A stretch of DNA of 64,000 nt from an uncultured delta proteobacterium (GCA_963737905.1 CAVTUQ010000007.1:224001-288000), one strand, 5' to 3'; positions 51,856 through 63,329 are shown, counted from the first letter of the stretch. A program made the numbers and translations. Notes: generated by a model not told the origin, from the sequence alone.

Positions 51856-52123
51856 GTTTTTCTCCGTTCCGAACCAATAGCTTCTATCGGATTATTGTCG
51901 CGGTGATTAAGCTAACAGAAAGAGCCTATCGTGTGAAGTTGTGCGCGCGCCGTAATAGTCTGGGGGGGGGACACCGGGATCTGTCAATTCTTTCCAACTA
52001 ATTCGTCAAATTAATGACCAAGAGATCTCGGTTTTGCCGAGACACAAAAGGTTCGAAGAATGCTAGAGACTTTTGACCCCGGAGTTCGGGCCACGAAGCT
52101 TCAAAATAGCTGTAAACCGCGCT

Positions 52124-52258
52124 TCACATACGGCTAATTCTTATATACCGAACGATGTCCGGCAAATTCTTAGCCAACATATAACCAATTGCCAACACGG
52201 TTAACGTGCCAATCAGGGATTTTACCCCACATGCTCTGTTGTTCTTCTCTTGCCTCAT
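52124..52258 (-). CDS. 44-aa small membrane protein (DUF6893-like)
   Basis: GGAGG RBS; MRQEKNNRACGVKSLIGTLTVLAIGYMLAKNLPDIVRYIRISRM; below ORF-track cutoff. Confidence 0.6.
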   Translation of the reverse strand: MRQEKNNRACGVKSLIGTLTVLAIGYMLAKNLPDIVRYIRISRM

Positions 52259-52415
52259 ATAACCTCCAATCCGCCACCTTCAGTTTAACAAATCGAAAGT
52301 CCTACCTCTAGGCGAGAAAAGATATAGATATGTTCTTGGCGGTCGTTTTTACGCGCCTACGTCCTGGGAGCCGCGCTTTTTCTGGGGCCAGAAGATCAGC
52401 TTTCTTTGAAGCGGT

Positions 52416-52547
52416 CTACATTTTCGCCAGCCCAAGGATTCCAATCACTATCAGGTAAATTGCGACGATGTAATTCAACAACCTTGGAATTATTAAAATT
52501 AAGATGCCCGCAATCAGTGCGACTAAGGGTTGTATTGCGACATACAT
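52416..52547 (-). CDS. 43-aa DUF3096 small membrane protein
   Basis: AGGAG RBS; MYVAIQPLVALIAGILILIIPRLLNYIVAIYLIVIGILGLAKM. Confidence 0.8.
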   Translation of the reverse strand: MYVAIQPLVALIAGILILIIPRLLNYIVAIYLIVIGILGLAKM

Positions 52548-52695
52548 TTGCGCATCTCCTTACCAGCCGTGATCGATAATTGTGATGCGATCGACATGTT
52601 CATAATCGGCGCCGTCAATCGTCCGTTAGGGCCGCTACTTTAGAAAGTCAGCCGGCATCGCTTCTGACGCTTTGATTCCCCGGCCGTTTTTCTGC

Positions 52696-52917
52696 TCATC
52701 GCCGAAAAGCCGGCTTTTTGGTTGAGCTGCTATGCCTTCTGGCGCGAGAACTATTTCGAACATGGATTTCCTCCGTATGTAATCCGAGATCACGCGCTTC
52801 CACATGGCAATGTTGGCAGACAATCATGTCTAGCAGGACCACGCCGGCCTCTTCACTTTTGACCCGATAAGCCGAATCGACGAATGGCGCGCCACAGTGT
52901 TGGCAGATCCATCCCAT
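52696..52917 (-). CDS. Small putative zinc-binding protein
   Basis: Two CQHC motifs: 'WICQHCG...IVCQHCH'. Confidence 0.5.
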   Translation of the reverse strand: MGWICQHCGAPFVDSAYRVKSEEAGVVLLDMIVCQHCHVEARDLGLHTEEIHVRNSSRARRHSSSTKKPAFRR

Positions 52918-53127
52918 ATGTGAAGATTGAGCAAGTAGAATGCCATCGCGAATCGCCCGACGATTCCTTTGAAAGTATAATAAGTTTAGAAAAACCGATA
53001 CTTCCAGATTTCGTTTGTGCGTGATCACAGCTATTTGTGAAAGAGGTGTCAGCGTTCGACATACAGTGACAAGGAAAGTCCCTCACGAGGGGCTATCGCG
53101 CTACTTCGGGTTCTGCCGGGTGCATGA

Positions 53128-53616
53128 CTATGGTCGTGGCGTTGTCAATGGAGCAGGAGGGAGAGGTGGTGCGGCATATGCAGTGGGGAAGCCAGGAATT
53201 TGGTTGCCCTTGGCGTACATGCACTGCTGGTAAGCGATATCGTAGCGCCGCTGGATGGTCCACGACGCCCCATACCCGGCGTTGGCACCGACCGCGCTAC
53301 CCGTAAGCAGACCGGTTCCGGCACCGACAGCCGCTCCGGGTCCCGGACTGCCGAAGGCAGCGCCGATCGCACCACCCGCCGCCGCCCCAAGAGCAGTGCC
53401 CGCAGCGGCTCCAGTGATCGTGCTATTCGTCGTCGCTTGTTGTGGAGAAATCCCAACTTGTTGTTCGGCGTACTGCCGGCACAGGGCCTCTTCACCCACG
53501 AAGAGATCGAAGGGCTTGCCGGGCGCGGGCATCACCGCAATACTCGGGCCTAAGGGTACCTGCGTACAACCGGCCAGGAGAATTAAAGCCGAGATGAAAA
53601 TGGCGTTGACTCGCAT
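53128..53616 (-). CDS. Glycine-zipper lipoprotein
   Basis: Lipobox 'LLAGC'; 'GAAAGTALGAAAGGAIG'; 'YQQCMYAKG'. Confidence 0.8.
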   Translation of the reverse strand: MRVNAIFISALILLAGCTQVPLGPSIAVMPAPGKPFDLFVGEEALCRQYAEQQVGISPQQATTNSTITGAAAGTALGAAAGGAIGAAFGSPGPGAAVGAGTGLLTGSAVGANAGYGASWTIQRRYDIAYQQCMYAKGNQIPGFPTAYAAPPLPPAPLTTPRP

Positions 53617-53630
53617 CTCGTTACTTTCAC

Positions 53631-54065
53631 CTACCGAGAGCTATAAGCTGGCGGTGGAATCGGAGCTGGCGCGCCGGGAGCGGGAGCCGCCGGGACAGCT
53701 CTCCAACCGCTAGCGCACTCAGGAACGTAAGGATAGTAGCCCGCGGGACGATCGCAGTAGTACCAAGTTGGCGGCAATGCTTGGGGTTGTGGCGGTGGGG
53801 ACGGAGGAGCCTGAACAACTACCGGAGGAGTGTAAGGGTTTGGATAGGGATACACCGGTGCGGGATACCAGTACCAAGCGCCACCTACGATCCACCACCA
53901 GCCGAGCCGGGGCCCGTGCCAGCCGTGATACCAGCGCCCTCCACGCCAAACGACGATATCGTGCTGATGAAAGCCCCCGCGCCAAACAGGTCTCGGCTGA
54001 GCAAATACAGGCAGTGCCGCAGCCAACAATAGAACAGGCAGCACAGCCAAAATCAGTTTTTTCAT
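53631..54065 (-). CDS. Secreted Pro/Trp-rich protein
   Basis: Signal peptide; 'WYYCDRPAGYYPYVPECASGW'. Confidence 0.7.
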   Translation of the reverse strand: MKKLILAVLPVLLLAAALPVFAQPRPVWRGGFHQHDIVVWRGGRWYHGWHGPRLGWWWIVGGAWYWYPAPVYPYPNPYTPPVVVQAPPSPPPQPQALPPTWYYCDRPAGYYPYVPECASGWRAVPAAPAPGAPAPIPPPAYSSR

Positions 54066-54507
54066 TGTTGCTTGTTTCCTCCAAGGATTTTCTGAGAGAG
54101 GCCCGTGAGGGTCTTGGACCTGTCCAGGATATTCTATCTACCCTATTGGACGCCCAAGCATTAAAAATGTTTACTGGTTAGACTCCCAAACATCGAAAAT
54201 GTTTAGTGGGCCACCCATGTCCCAATGGTCGTCAAACAAAACCAATGCTTAGATCGCGGCTAACTATATCTATACGGTGGTCAAGCCGGACGGGCTAACC
54301 TTAGGAATGCCTCTGAATACAATTAACAATCGCATAGAAACCCCGCGCGGGGAGGTCGGAGACGCCAAGAAGCCAAGGAGTCAGAGTAGTGAGCTCGCAA
54401 TATAGGTTAAAAGTTGTCGGACCGATTGACCCCGCCAGAATTTTCCTTTATCAAAAGCGAAACCTTCATGTTTTAAAAGTTGATGTTTCCGATTAGAAAG
54501 GTATGAA

Positions 54508-56034
54508 ATGCGCTACGGCTTTGTCATCGATCAAAACCGCTGCATCGGCTGTCATGCCTGCACAGTCGCGTGCAAAGAAGAGCATAACATCGCGGTGGGC
54601 GTCAATCGCACGTGGGTAAAGTACATCGAAAAGGGCCATTATCCCGACACCCGCCGCCATTTCGCCGTGCTTCGATGTAACCATTGCGACGACGCGCCCT
54701 GTATCGAGATTTGTCCCACGGTGGCTCTCTTTCGCAGAAAGGATGGCATCGTGGACTTCGACAGCGAGCGCTGCATCGGCTGTAAGTCATGCATGCAAGC
54801 TTGCCCCTACGACGCGCTCTACATCGATCCCGATAGAAATACGGCGGCGAAATGCAACTTCGACGCCTCGCGCGTCGAGAGGGGTTACAAGCCGGCCTGC
54901 GAAGTCGTCTGCCCGACCCAAGCGATTCTTTCCGGCGACCTCGATGATCCGAACAGCCAGATCAGCCGGAGAATCGCGATGGACAAGGTGAGCGTTCGAA
55001 AACCCGAGAAGGGGACCAAGCCCAAACTCTTCTATGTCGGCGTGGACGGCGACTTGCTGAATCCGACGATGATGGAGCCTCAGTCGTCCCACTTTTGGGC
55101 GGAAAAAACTCCCGGAGAAGATCTTTACGCGCTAAACAAGAGCAAACTTCCGGAGCGGTCTGTGCCTGGCGCTGCCCGTGAAGTTTACGATGTTCCCCAC
55201 ATGACCCCTTGGGGAAAGAAAATCGCCTTTTACCTCTGGACGAAATCCATCGCCGCCGGGATTCTCCTCTTGTCGGCGCTGCTGCTGAATATGGGCTTCG
55301 AGCAGGATGCTTTAGTACTGAATTTTTTTAGTCCTGCGCTTTCGCTGATATTTTTGGCCGCGACGATGTTACTGCTGGTTTTCGATCTCAAGCGACCCGA
55401 TCGGTTTTTTTATCTGTTAACCAAACCCAACCTCGGCTCGTGGTTGGTCTTGGGCGGTTATGTCTTGATGATCTTCGGGATTCTCGCAACCGTGTGGCTT
55501 CTCCAAGGCATAACTCGGGGGGCCATTTCTATTTGGATCGTGTGGCTCACGGCGCTCTTCGCCGTTGCGTCGGCCGGCTATTCCGCTTTTCTGTTTGCGC
55601 AGGCCAGGGGTCGCGATTTTTGGCAAAGCCCGCTCTTGTTTTGGCATCTTCTAATTCAGGCAATGATGGCCGGCGCGGCGGTACTCCTGTTGTTGGGAAC
55701 TCTCATCGGCTTGAGCCTGCCGATGTTTTACTGGCTGGGTAACGTGCTCGTTATTTCCCTCTTTGCCGGATTGGGAATGATCTTCGCCGAGCACTTTATG
55801 AACCGTCGCAGCGAAGAGGTCGCGCGGGCGGCAGATCTGCTTTTCAAAGGAGCCTTGTGGAAACAATTTTGGCTCTTCGTCGTGCTCTTAGGGGTAGTCG
55901 CACCGATTGCGCTGATTCTATGGCCGACGCCATCGCTTATCCCGAACGTGATTGCGTCTGTGTTGGTATTGGCCGGCCTCTGGGTGTATGAAAATCTCTG
56001 GATCAAAGCCGGTCAAGCCGTGCCGTTGAGTTAA
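54508..56034 (+). CDS. 4Fe-4S dicluster (PsrB/NrfC) fused to NrfD/PsrC membrane anchor
   Basis: 'CIGCHACTVAC', 'CNHCDDAPCIEICP', 'CIGCKSCMQACP'; 'DLKRPDRF', multiple TM helices. Confidence 0.9.
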   Translation: MRYGFVIDQNRCIGCHACTVACKEEHNIAVGVNRTWVKYIEKGHYPDTRRHFAVLRCNHCDDAPCIEICPTVALFRRKDGIVDFDSERCIGCKSCMQACPYDALYIDPDRNTAAKCNFDASRVERGYKPACEVVCPTQAILSGDLDDPNSQISRRIAMDKVSVRKPEKGTKPKLFYVGVDGDLLNPTMMEPQSSHFWAEKTPGEDLYALNKSKLPERSVPGAAREVYDVPHMTPWGKKIAFYLWTKSIAAGILLLSALLLNMGFEQDALVLNFFSPALSLIFLAATMLLLVFDLKRPDRFFYLLTKPNLGSWLVLGGYVLMIFGILATVWLLQGITRGAISIWIVWLTALFAVASAGYSAFLFAQARGRDFWQSPLLFWHLLIQAMMAGAAVLLLLGTLIGLSLPMFYWLGNVLVISLFAGLGMIFAEHFMNRRSEEVARAADLLFKGALWKQFWLFVVLLGVVAPIALILWPTPSLIPNVIASVLVLAGLWVYENLWIKAGQAVPLS

Positions 56035-56066
56035 AAGAGAGTCTCGCGATAAGCGAGACTCTCTTT
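56034..56066. terminator. Perfect 14-bp stem-loop between subunit genes
   Basis: aaagagagtctcgc-gataa-gcgagactctcttt. Confidence 0.6.
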
Positions 56067-56127
56067 ATCCTGAGCGAAGCGAAGGATCTTCCAACGAAAT
56101 CGAATTACTGTTAAAAGGAACTCGAAT

Positions 56128-58953
56128 ATGTCCGAAACTCGGCGGCCTCTTCATCCATCGGCTTTGCGACTCGAAGCACCCAGCGGGTTAGCCAGCTATC
56201 CACCCGTAGAAAAGTGGGACGATTGGATCGAATACGATACGGCCCATTGGCCGAGAAAGGTAGAGAAGCATTATCAAATCATCCCGACTATTTGTTTTAA
56301 TTGTGAGGCGGCGTGCGGACTCGTCGGTTTGGTTGATAAGGAAACGATGCGCATCCGGCGATTCGAAGGCAACCCCGAACATCCCGGCAGCCGAGGACGC
56401 AATTGTGCCAAAGGACCAGCGACGCTCAATCAAGTCACCGATCCCGAGCGGATTCGCTATCCCTTGAAGCGGATGGGAAAGAGGGGCGAAGGAAAATGGG
56501 AACGAGTGAGCTGGGACGAAGTTCTCGATGATATCGCCGCCCGCGTGCGAAAGGCGCTTCAAGAAGATCGGCAGAGCGAGATCATGTATCACGTCGGCCG
56601 GCCGGGACATGAGCTACTTTATCATCAGCGAATTTTTCACGCCTGGGGAATAGATGGTCATAATAGCCATACCAATGTTTGCTCGGCCGGGGCCCGCGCA
56701 GGGCTATGCTTTCTGGTCGGGCATCGATCGGCCTTCGCCCGATCATGCCAACGCGCGTTTCATTCTATTGTTGAGCTCCCATTTAGAGACCGGCCACTAT
56801 TTCAATCCCCATGCCCAGCGAATCATCGAGGGTAAGGAACAAGGGGCAAAGATCTGCGTCATTGACACACGGCTTTCCAACACGGCCTCCAAAGCCGATT
56901 ACTGGCTATCGTCATGGCCGGGCAGCGAAGCGGCGATCCTGCTGGCCCTGTGTAATATCTTGTTGCAGGAAGATCTCTTTGACCGTGAGTTCGTGAGAAA
57001 GTGGGTCAATTGGGAACAGTTTCTGCGAGAGGAGCACGCTGATAAGCCACAAACATTTTCATCATTTTGCTTGATATTGAAGGAAGCCTACGCTCAATAC
57101 ACGCCGGCATTTGCCGCCAAAGAAGCCGGAGTCGATCCGCAAGTCCTTGTCGAGGTCGCGCATGAAATAGCTCGCGCCGGTTCGGCGTTTTCCGCCCACG
57201 TATGGCGCAACGCGGCGGCGGGAAATTTCGGTGGCTGGCAGGTTGCGCGGGCACTGCAGTTCTTGAGCGTCCTCGTTGGGGCCGTGGGAACCCCCGGAGG
57301 CACGGCGCCAAATGCAGCAAACAAATACATCCCGGCTCCGCCGCTCATGCCGCCTCCATCCAAGGTATGGAACGAGATGCTTCTACCGAAGGAGTATCCG
57401 CTAGCGTTTTTCGAGATGAGTTTTCTCTTGCCTCACTTCATCAAGGAAGGGAGGGGCAAGCTCGCGATGTATTTTACCCGTGTTTATAACCCGGTCTGGA
57501 CTAACCCAGACGGCATGAGCTGGATCGAGATGCTGACCGACGAAAGCAAAGTCGAGCGGCACGCCTGCCTCACGCCAACCTGGAGCGAGACCGCTTGGTT
57601 CGCCGATTATGTCTTACCGATGGGCCATGGCGCGGAACGGCATGATCTGATGAGCCAAGAAACCCAGGCGGCGCGCTGGATCGGCTTTCGCCAACCGATA
57701 TTGCGGGTCGTTCTGGAAAAGCAGGGGAAAAAGTTCAACACCACCTATGAGGCTCACGCAGCGGCCGGCATCGGTGAAGTCTGGGAAGAGGACGAATTCT
57801 GGATTGAACTGTCGTGGCGTGTCGACCCCGACGGGTCATTGGGGATTCGGAAATACTTTGAGTCGCCTTATGAGGCAGGCAAGAAGATGACCGTGAACGA
57901 TTACTACCGATGGATCTTTGAAAACAGCGTTCCCGGTCTTCCGGCGGCGGCTGAAAAACAAGGACTGACTCCACTGGAATACATGCGCAAATACGGCGCG
58001 TTTTTGATCGAAGATAATGTCTACAAGGTCCACGAAACTAGGCTCAAGTCGGGTGATCTAGCGGACGCCGTTACGGACCCGGTCACAAATCTCATTTCAA
58101 AAAATGGCGTCGTTTTGGGAGTCGAAGTCGATGGAGCCGCGTGCGCCGGTTTTCCGACGCCGTCGCGCAAGCTAGAGTTTTATTCAAAGACCCTGAAGGA
58201 TTGGAAATGGCCGGAGTATGTCATCCCCGGCTATATCAAGAGCCACGTTCACCCGACAACATCGACATCAACGCCGGCGAGATGCTGCTGCTGCCAACGT
58301 TCCGCTTGCCGACGTTGATTCACACCCGCTCCGGAAATGCGAAGTGGCTGTACGAGATTTCGCACCGAAACCCGCTCTGGATCAATCCAAAAGACGCCCA
58401 GAATCTAGAGGTAAAAACCGGAGATCTCCTAAAAGTCCACACCGAGATCGGTTATTTCATCGATAAGGTTTGGGTCACGGAAGGAATCAAACCCGGCGTC
58501 GTCGCTTGCTCGCACCACCTAGGTCGTTGGCGGTTGCAAGAAGACTGCGGCGGCGAACGCTGGTCCACCGCGCTGGTGGATCTGAAGCAAGTCGAACCCG
58601 GCAAGTGGATGATGCGCCACATTCACGGAATCAAACCTTTTAAGAGCGATGACCCGGATTCTGAGCGAATCTTCTGGGAAGACGGCGGCGTGCACCAGAA
58701 TCTGACTTTTCCGGTGCAGCCCGACACCATCAGCGGCCAGCACTGCTGGCACCAAAAAGTCCGCGTCACCAAACCGGGTCCCGACGACAGGTACGGCGAC
58801 GTCTTCGTCGACACCAACAAATCCCACGAGGTTTACAAACGCTGGCTCGGCAAGACTCGCCCCGGGCCTGGGCCTAACAATCTACGTCGCCCGCTTTGGC
58901 TACCGCGTTCGTATAAACCGGCACCGGAGGCTTATTATTTTAGTGATAAATGA
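56128..58953 (+). CDS. Molybdopterin oxidoreductase catalytic subunit (DMSO reductase family), two frameshifts
   Basis: 'CFNCEAACG...NCAKG', 'RIRYPLKR', 'SETAWFADYVLP', 'GFPTPSRKLEF', 'LWINP.DA'. Confidence 0.9.
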
Positions 58954-59098
58954 AAACCTGCCAAAGATGTTGGAATGGTCGAGCGGGATCTAAAGACTTT
59001 GAGAAATCTGTTGGACAGTTGAGTTTGCGATTTTAGCTCGTCACGCGTGGGTTGGCCGCGGGCACCACGCTCGCACACCTCAACCCCGTGGCTCGTCG

Positions 59099-59710
59099 CT
59101 ATTTGCCTTCCCGCATGGCGCGCGCCCGCTTCGCTGCCGGCCGCTCCCAGCAGCGGTTGAGCCAGGCCTGCGCGCGCGGCCATTTTTTGAGATCGATCGC
59201 CAACGCACGGTAAAGCGCCGCGGCAACGTTGAGATCGCCGACTGAAAATGCAGGGCCGGCAAGCCACTCCGCTTTCGCGAGCGCAGTCTCCAGCACGTCG
59301 AACGATGCCGTGACTTCCTTCCATGCGGCCTCGGCAATCTCCTTTTTGCGCTCGGCCTCCGGAAACTCCGTAGTATGCCTGACGTAGTTCACGATCTGGC
59401 GGTCGAGCCGGTCGGTCTCCCATAGGCTCCACTGTAAGGCAAGCGCCTCGTTTCTGGGGTCCGACGGATACAGCGGGCTCTTGTGCTTCTTCGCGAGATA
59501 GAAATTGATCGCCATCGACTCCGACAGCACGAAGCCGTCGTCGTCTATCACCGGTACGCGGCCATTGGGATTCAACGCGCGAAACTCCGGCTTCCTCGTC
59601 TCCGGCGCGCGGGGCAGGTAATCCTTGTGGTCGTAGGTCAGTCCCAGCTCACCGAGCATCCACAAGGTGCGCACGGCGCGAGATCGCGCGGAGCCGTATA
59701 GACGTAGCAT
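59099..59710 (-). CDS. Glutathione S-transferase family
   Basis: 'SRAVRTLWML', 'LNPNGRVP', 'LSESMAI'. Confidence 0.9.
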   Translation of the reverse strand: MLRLYGSARSRAVRTLWMLGELGLTYDHKDYLPRAPETRKPEFRALNPNGRVPVIDDDGFVLSESMAINFYLAKKHKSPLYPSDPRNEALALQWSLWETDRLDRQIVNYVRHTTEFPEAERKKEIAEAAWKEVTASFDVLETALAKAEWLAGPAFSVGDLNVAAALYRALAIDLKKWPRAQAWLNRCWERPAAKRARAMREGK

Positions 59711-60091
59711 CGTTTATCCTCCCCAGTGTAGTGATAATAAATGGATACTTTGTGTTATGACTCAGCATGTGCGCGAAACGCCTTTTTGCAGTGAACGCCT
59801 CCCGCAGCGCCGCTTTGCCGTGGCCGGAGCACTGCTGATTGCCACTCAGCTCCCCGGGCGCAGCAGCCGGCATATCCGGCAAAAATCATACGCTTGATCG
59901 TATTCCGCGTACAGCTAACTAATTCAACAGCCTCTTACCGCAATCGGGGGCAGCTGTCCAGCTCTACCCACACGAACGACTCGCTTGACAACATTTCTCG
60001 AAATGCAGGATATTTCGAGATCATGTCGTTACATTGACGGAAAATTCCCGGTTGCGGACAGCTCAAACGGCTCACGAAAGAGATTCTGACA

Positions 60092-61048
60092 ATGCGTGAT
60101 TGGAACAAACTGCTAGTCGCTCTCGCGATAGGATCGTTGCTCATTTCGAGCCTGGCGTTCGCTCAACAGCAACCAAAACTCAAGCCGCTAAGAATAGCGC
60201 TCCCCAGCAATACAATCGGCGCAACGCATTTTTATGTCGGCAAGAGCCTGGGAATTTTTGAAAATTACGGATTTGACCCACAGATCTTGGTGCTGGAGCC
60301 GCGCGCGGCCCTCGCCGCACTATTGACCGGAGATTTAGACTTCTATACCGCCACCGGAACCACCACTCGAGCCGCGCTTCGGGGTGTGCCCGTCCGGATC
60401 ATCATGGTGGGTCTGAACCGTCCGGATCATGCGCTGGTTGCCGCCAAAGAGATTACGAGCGTGGAACAACTAAGGGGCAAGGTGGTGGGAGGTTATACCG
60501 CCCAGGCGACCGTAAACGTAATTTTGACAGAGCTTATGCGGCGCAAGGGTCTCAGGCCGGATGAATACAAGATCCTCAATGTCGGCACGGCACGCCTCGC
60601 AGCGCTGACCGCCGGCAATGTACCCGCAGCCGTGCTCAATGGTCTGGAGACGGTTTATGCGGTGAAACAGGGGTTCCGCGTACTGGCCAGAGCAGCCGAG
60701 GTCATCGAACTATCCACCGGCGGACTCGGCGCTTCGGTGGCTAGCTTGCAAAATAAACGGGACGTTCTTCGAAGGGCAATACAAGCGACGTTGGAGTGTA
60801 TCCGGATAACAGCCAGCCAAAAGGAAAGAGTGCTGCCCGTTCTAATGAAACAACTGTCGCTGTCACAGGAAGACGCGGCATCGATCTATGACGCGGTCCA
60901 CTCGGCATGGGCATTGGACGGCAGACCCACGCCCGGCGCGACTAAATTTGAGTTCGAGATCGATCAACGCGACATGGGGCTAAAGGAGCCTCCCAGGCCC
61001 GAGCAGGTTTTTGATTTCTCATTGTTGGATGAGTTGGGAAAGCGGTAA
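60092..61048 (+). CDS. ABC substrate-binding protein (NMT1/SsuA-like)
   Basis: Signal peptide; 'ALAALLTGDLDF', 'VEQLRGK'. Confidence 0.8.
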   Translation: MRDWNKLLVALAIGSLLISSLAFAQQQPKLKPLRIALPSNTIGATHFYVGKSLGIFENYGFDPQILVLEPRAALAALLTGDLDFYTATGTTTRAALRGVPVRIIMVGLNRPDHALVAAKEITSVEQLRGKVVGGYTAQATVNVILTELMRRKGLRPDEYKILNVGTARLAALTAGNVPAAVLNGLETVYAVKQGFRVLARAAEVIELSTGGLGASVASLQNKRDVLRRAIQATLECIRITASQKERVLPVLMKQLSLSQEDAASIYDAVHSAWALDGRPTPGATKFEFEIDQRDMGLKEPPRPEQVFDFSLLDELGKR

Positions 61049-61078
61049 GTGCGAAATGATCAGGGTCCCAGAGGGAGG

Positions 61079-61639
61079 ATGAAACCTATGACCGATCAAG
61101 ACCTTAATCCGGAGCAGCAGGCGATGGTGGAGATTTGGGAGGGGCACATGGCTGCCGAGTTCAAAACGAAAGACATCGATGCAACGATGGCGACGATGAC
61201 GTCAGATCCTTTCGTCAATCATGTCCCCGTGATGACAGGCGGCGTCGGCTATACTGAAGTCCGCCATTTTTACGGCAACTATTTCATTCCTTGCCAGCCG
61301 CCGGACACAGACATCGTGCCGGTCACACGAACGGTTGGAAAAGATCGTATTGTCGATGAACTCATTCATAAGTTTACCCACACAATCGAGATGCCATGGA
61401 TGCTTCCCGGCATACCGCCCACGGGTAGGCGAGTCGAAATCGCCGTCGTCGTGGTCGTCCAGTTCAAAGATGGAAAGATCGCCGGTGAACACATTTATTG
61501 GGACCAGGCCTCTGTGCTTGCTCAGATAGGATTGATTGATGCGAAGAAACTACCGGCAACGGGGATCGAGTCCTCCCGCAAAGTTATAGGTGCCTCGCAG
61601 GAACCATCCAATAGATTGATCAGGCCGGTGAGCGGATAA
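61079..61639 (+). CDS. SnoaL-like ester cyclase family
   Basis: 'PFVNHVPVMTGG', 'PPTGRRVE', 'EHIYWDQASVL'. Confidence 0.85.
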   Translation: MKPMTDQDLNPEQQAMVEIWEGHMAAEFKTKDIDATMATMTSDPFVNHVPVMTGGVGYTEVRHFYGNYFIPCQPPDTDIVPVTRTVGKDRIVDELIHKFTHTIEMPWMLPGIPPTGRRVEIAVVVVVQFKDGKIAGEHIYWDQASVLAQIGLIDAKKLPATGIESSRKVIGASQEPSNRLIRPVSG

Positions 61640-61700
61640 GAAAATTAGGTCACTGCGACGCAGATGGGCAGGTAGGCTGCGTAATCGCTTGCAGCTCGGA

Positions 61701-62129
61701 TCACGTAATTGGCTTGAACTTCGGCAACCAGATCTCCGGCGACTGTTGTTCGAATATGATGGAAACTTTCATGCCGAGCTTGACGTCTTCCACCGGACAG
61801 CCGACCACGTTGCTGATCATACGTGGCCCTTCTTCTAAATCGATCCAGGCAACGACGTAGGGGATATCGGGCTCAAAGGCCTTCGACGCTGCTCGGCCGA
61901 CGACTTGGCGGATTACGGTGAAGGAATAAACTTCGCCTTTGCCGGTGAGCTCAGTCCATTTGATCCGTTCGCTGCCGCATTCGAAGCAGGAGGGGCGCGG
62001 TGTCCACACCCAGGCGCGGCAGTCTTGGCACCTTTGCATTAGCAGTTTCTTTTGGGCTGCCGCATCCCAGAAGGGTTTTGCTTCCGTGGTGATCTGGGGC
62101 AGTGGTTTCTTAATCGCCGTTTCAGCCAT
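61701..62129 (-). CDS. Zn-ribbon OB-fold (DUF35) protein
   Basis: 'QRCQDC...PSCFECG', 'LEEGPRMISN'. Confidence 0.9.
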   Translation of the reverse strand: MAETAIKKPLPQITTEAKPFWDAAAQKKLLMQRCQDCRAWVWTPRPSCFECGSERIKWTELTGKGEVYSFTVIRQVVGRAASKAFEPDIPYVVAWIDLEEGPRMISNVVGCPVEDVKLGMKVSIIFEQQSPEIWLPKFKPIT

Positions 62130-62135
62130 AGGCAC

Positions 62136-63329
62136 TCACGCGTCTTTTCCCAGGACTGCTACCGCGCAGCAGCCAAGGTTTTTTCCGTAGGGTAGAACGC
62201 CTAGTCCGGTGACGAGTCCAACCTTGGCTCCGGGCACCTGCCTGTCGCCGCCTTCGCCTCGTAATTGCCGAACCGCCTCCAGAATATGGAGCGTTCCGCC
62301 TGCGGTTGATGGCTGGCCGCAATTGATCATACCGCCGCCGGTTTGAATCGGCAGTTGCCCTTTAAACGTAAAATCCGTTCGTTCGAAATATCCAAGATCT
62401 CCTTTTGTGCAAAAACCCAGGTCTTCGATCTGCAAATACACGACGATGATGTAATCGTCGTACATCTCCAAGAGATTGATATCCCCGTGCTTTACTCCCG
62501 CCATTTCCATCGCCACTTTGCCGGCGTCTTTTATTCCCATGATCAGGGCGTCGGAACCGGCGCGGGCTCCGTAGGAGGGATTGCTCCTTTCACCAAAACC
62601 AAGGAGATAGGCAGGAGGCTTGCGCAACGCCTTCGCCCGCTCCGGCGAGGCCAGGATGTAAGCTTTACCTCCGTTGGCCGGTAGCACGCAGTCGAGCAGC
62701 CGAACGGGATCGGCAACCAGACGCGAATTTTTGTAGTCTTCGATGGTGATCGGTTTTCTCAAATACGCGTTGGGATTCAAGCTGGCGTGATAACGGCCCG
62801 CCACTGCGATCTTGCCGAGATGATCGAGGGTCGTGCCGTACTCGTGCATGTGCCGGCGCATGACCATTGCGATTTTGCTGTTGGGACCCATAGTCCCGAA
62901 GGGAATTTCGAAATCGCGCATATCGCCCGGCTGCAACCCACCGCCGTGATGCTCCGAGAACGGAGCCGCAGCGCCGATACACATCGCGAGATCGATCATG
63001 CCGGAGCTAATCGCGGCGCTCATCTGGCCCAAAAGAGAAACCGATCCGGCGCCGCCGGTGCCCCCGGAAAAAAGCATCCCCGGCGTGATGCCGAGAATCT
63101 CTGCTACTTCTTCGGGCCAAAAGGGCTGCGGATAAGCCGTGGGGATCGTGGCTCCCAGTCCTTGGCCGTTAAAGTCCTTGAGATTGAGTCCCGCGTCCTC
63201 CAATGCCAGATGCATCGCCCAGGAAAGATATTCGGCGCTTGATTTGCGCGGCTCGTCCGGCTTTGAGCCGAGACGGTCGGCCGGCGTCTCGCCGATGCCG
63301 ACGATGGCAGCTTTACCGCGGATGCTCAT
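62136..63329 (-). CDS. Thiolase family (SCP-x-type) protein
   Basis: 'AAIVGIGET', 'LLDC', 'MYDDY', 'EAVRQLRG'. Confidence 0.9.
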   Translation of the reverse strand: MSIRGKAAIVGIGETPADRLGSKPDEPRKSSAEYLSWAMHLALEDAGLNLKDFNGQGLGATIPTAYPQPFWPEEVAEILGITPGMLFSGGTGGAGSVSLLGQMSAAISSGMIDLAMCIGAAAPFSEHHGGGLQPGDMRDFEIPFGTMGPNSKIAMVMRRHMHEYGTTLDHLGKIAVAGRYHASLNPNAYLRKPITIEDYKNSRLVADPVRLLDCVLPANGGKAYILASPERAKALRKPPAYLLGFGERSNPSYGARAGSDALIMGIKDAGKVAMEMAGVKHGDINLLEMYDDYIIVVYLQIEDLGFCTKGDLGYFERTDFTFKGQLPIQTGGGMINCGQPSTAGGTLHILEAVRQLRGEGGDRQVPGAKVGLVTGLGVLPYGKNLGCCAVAVLGKDA

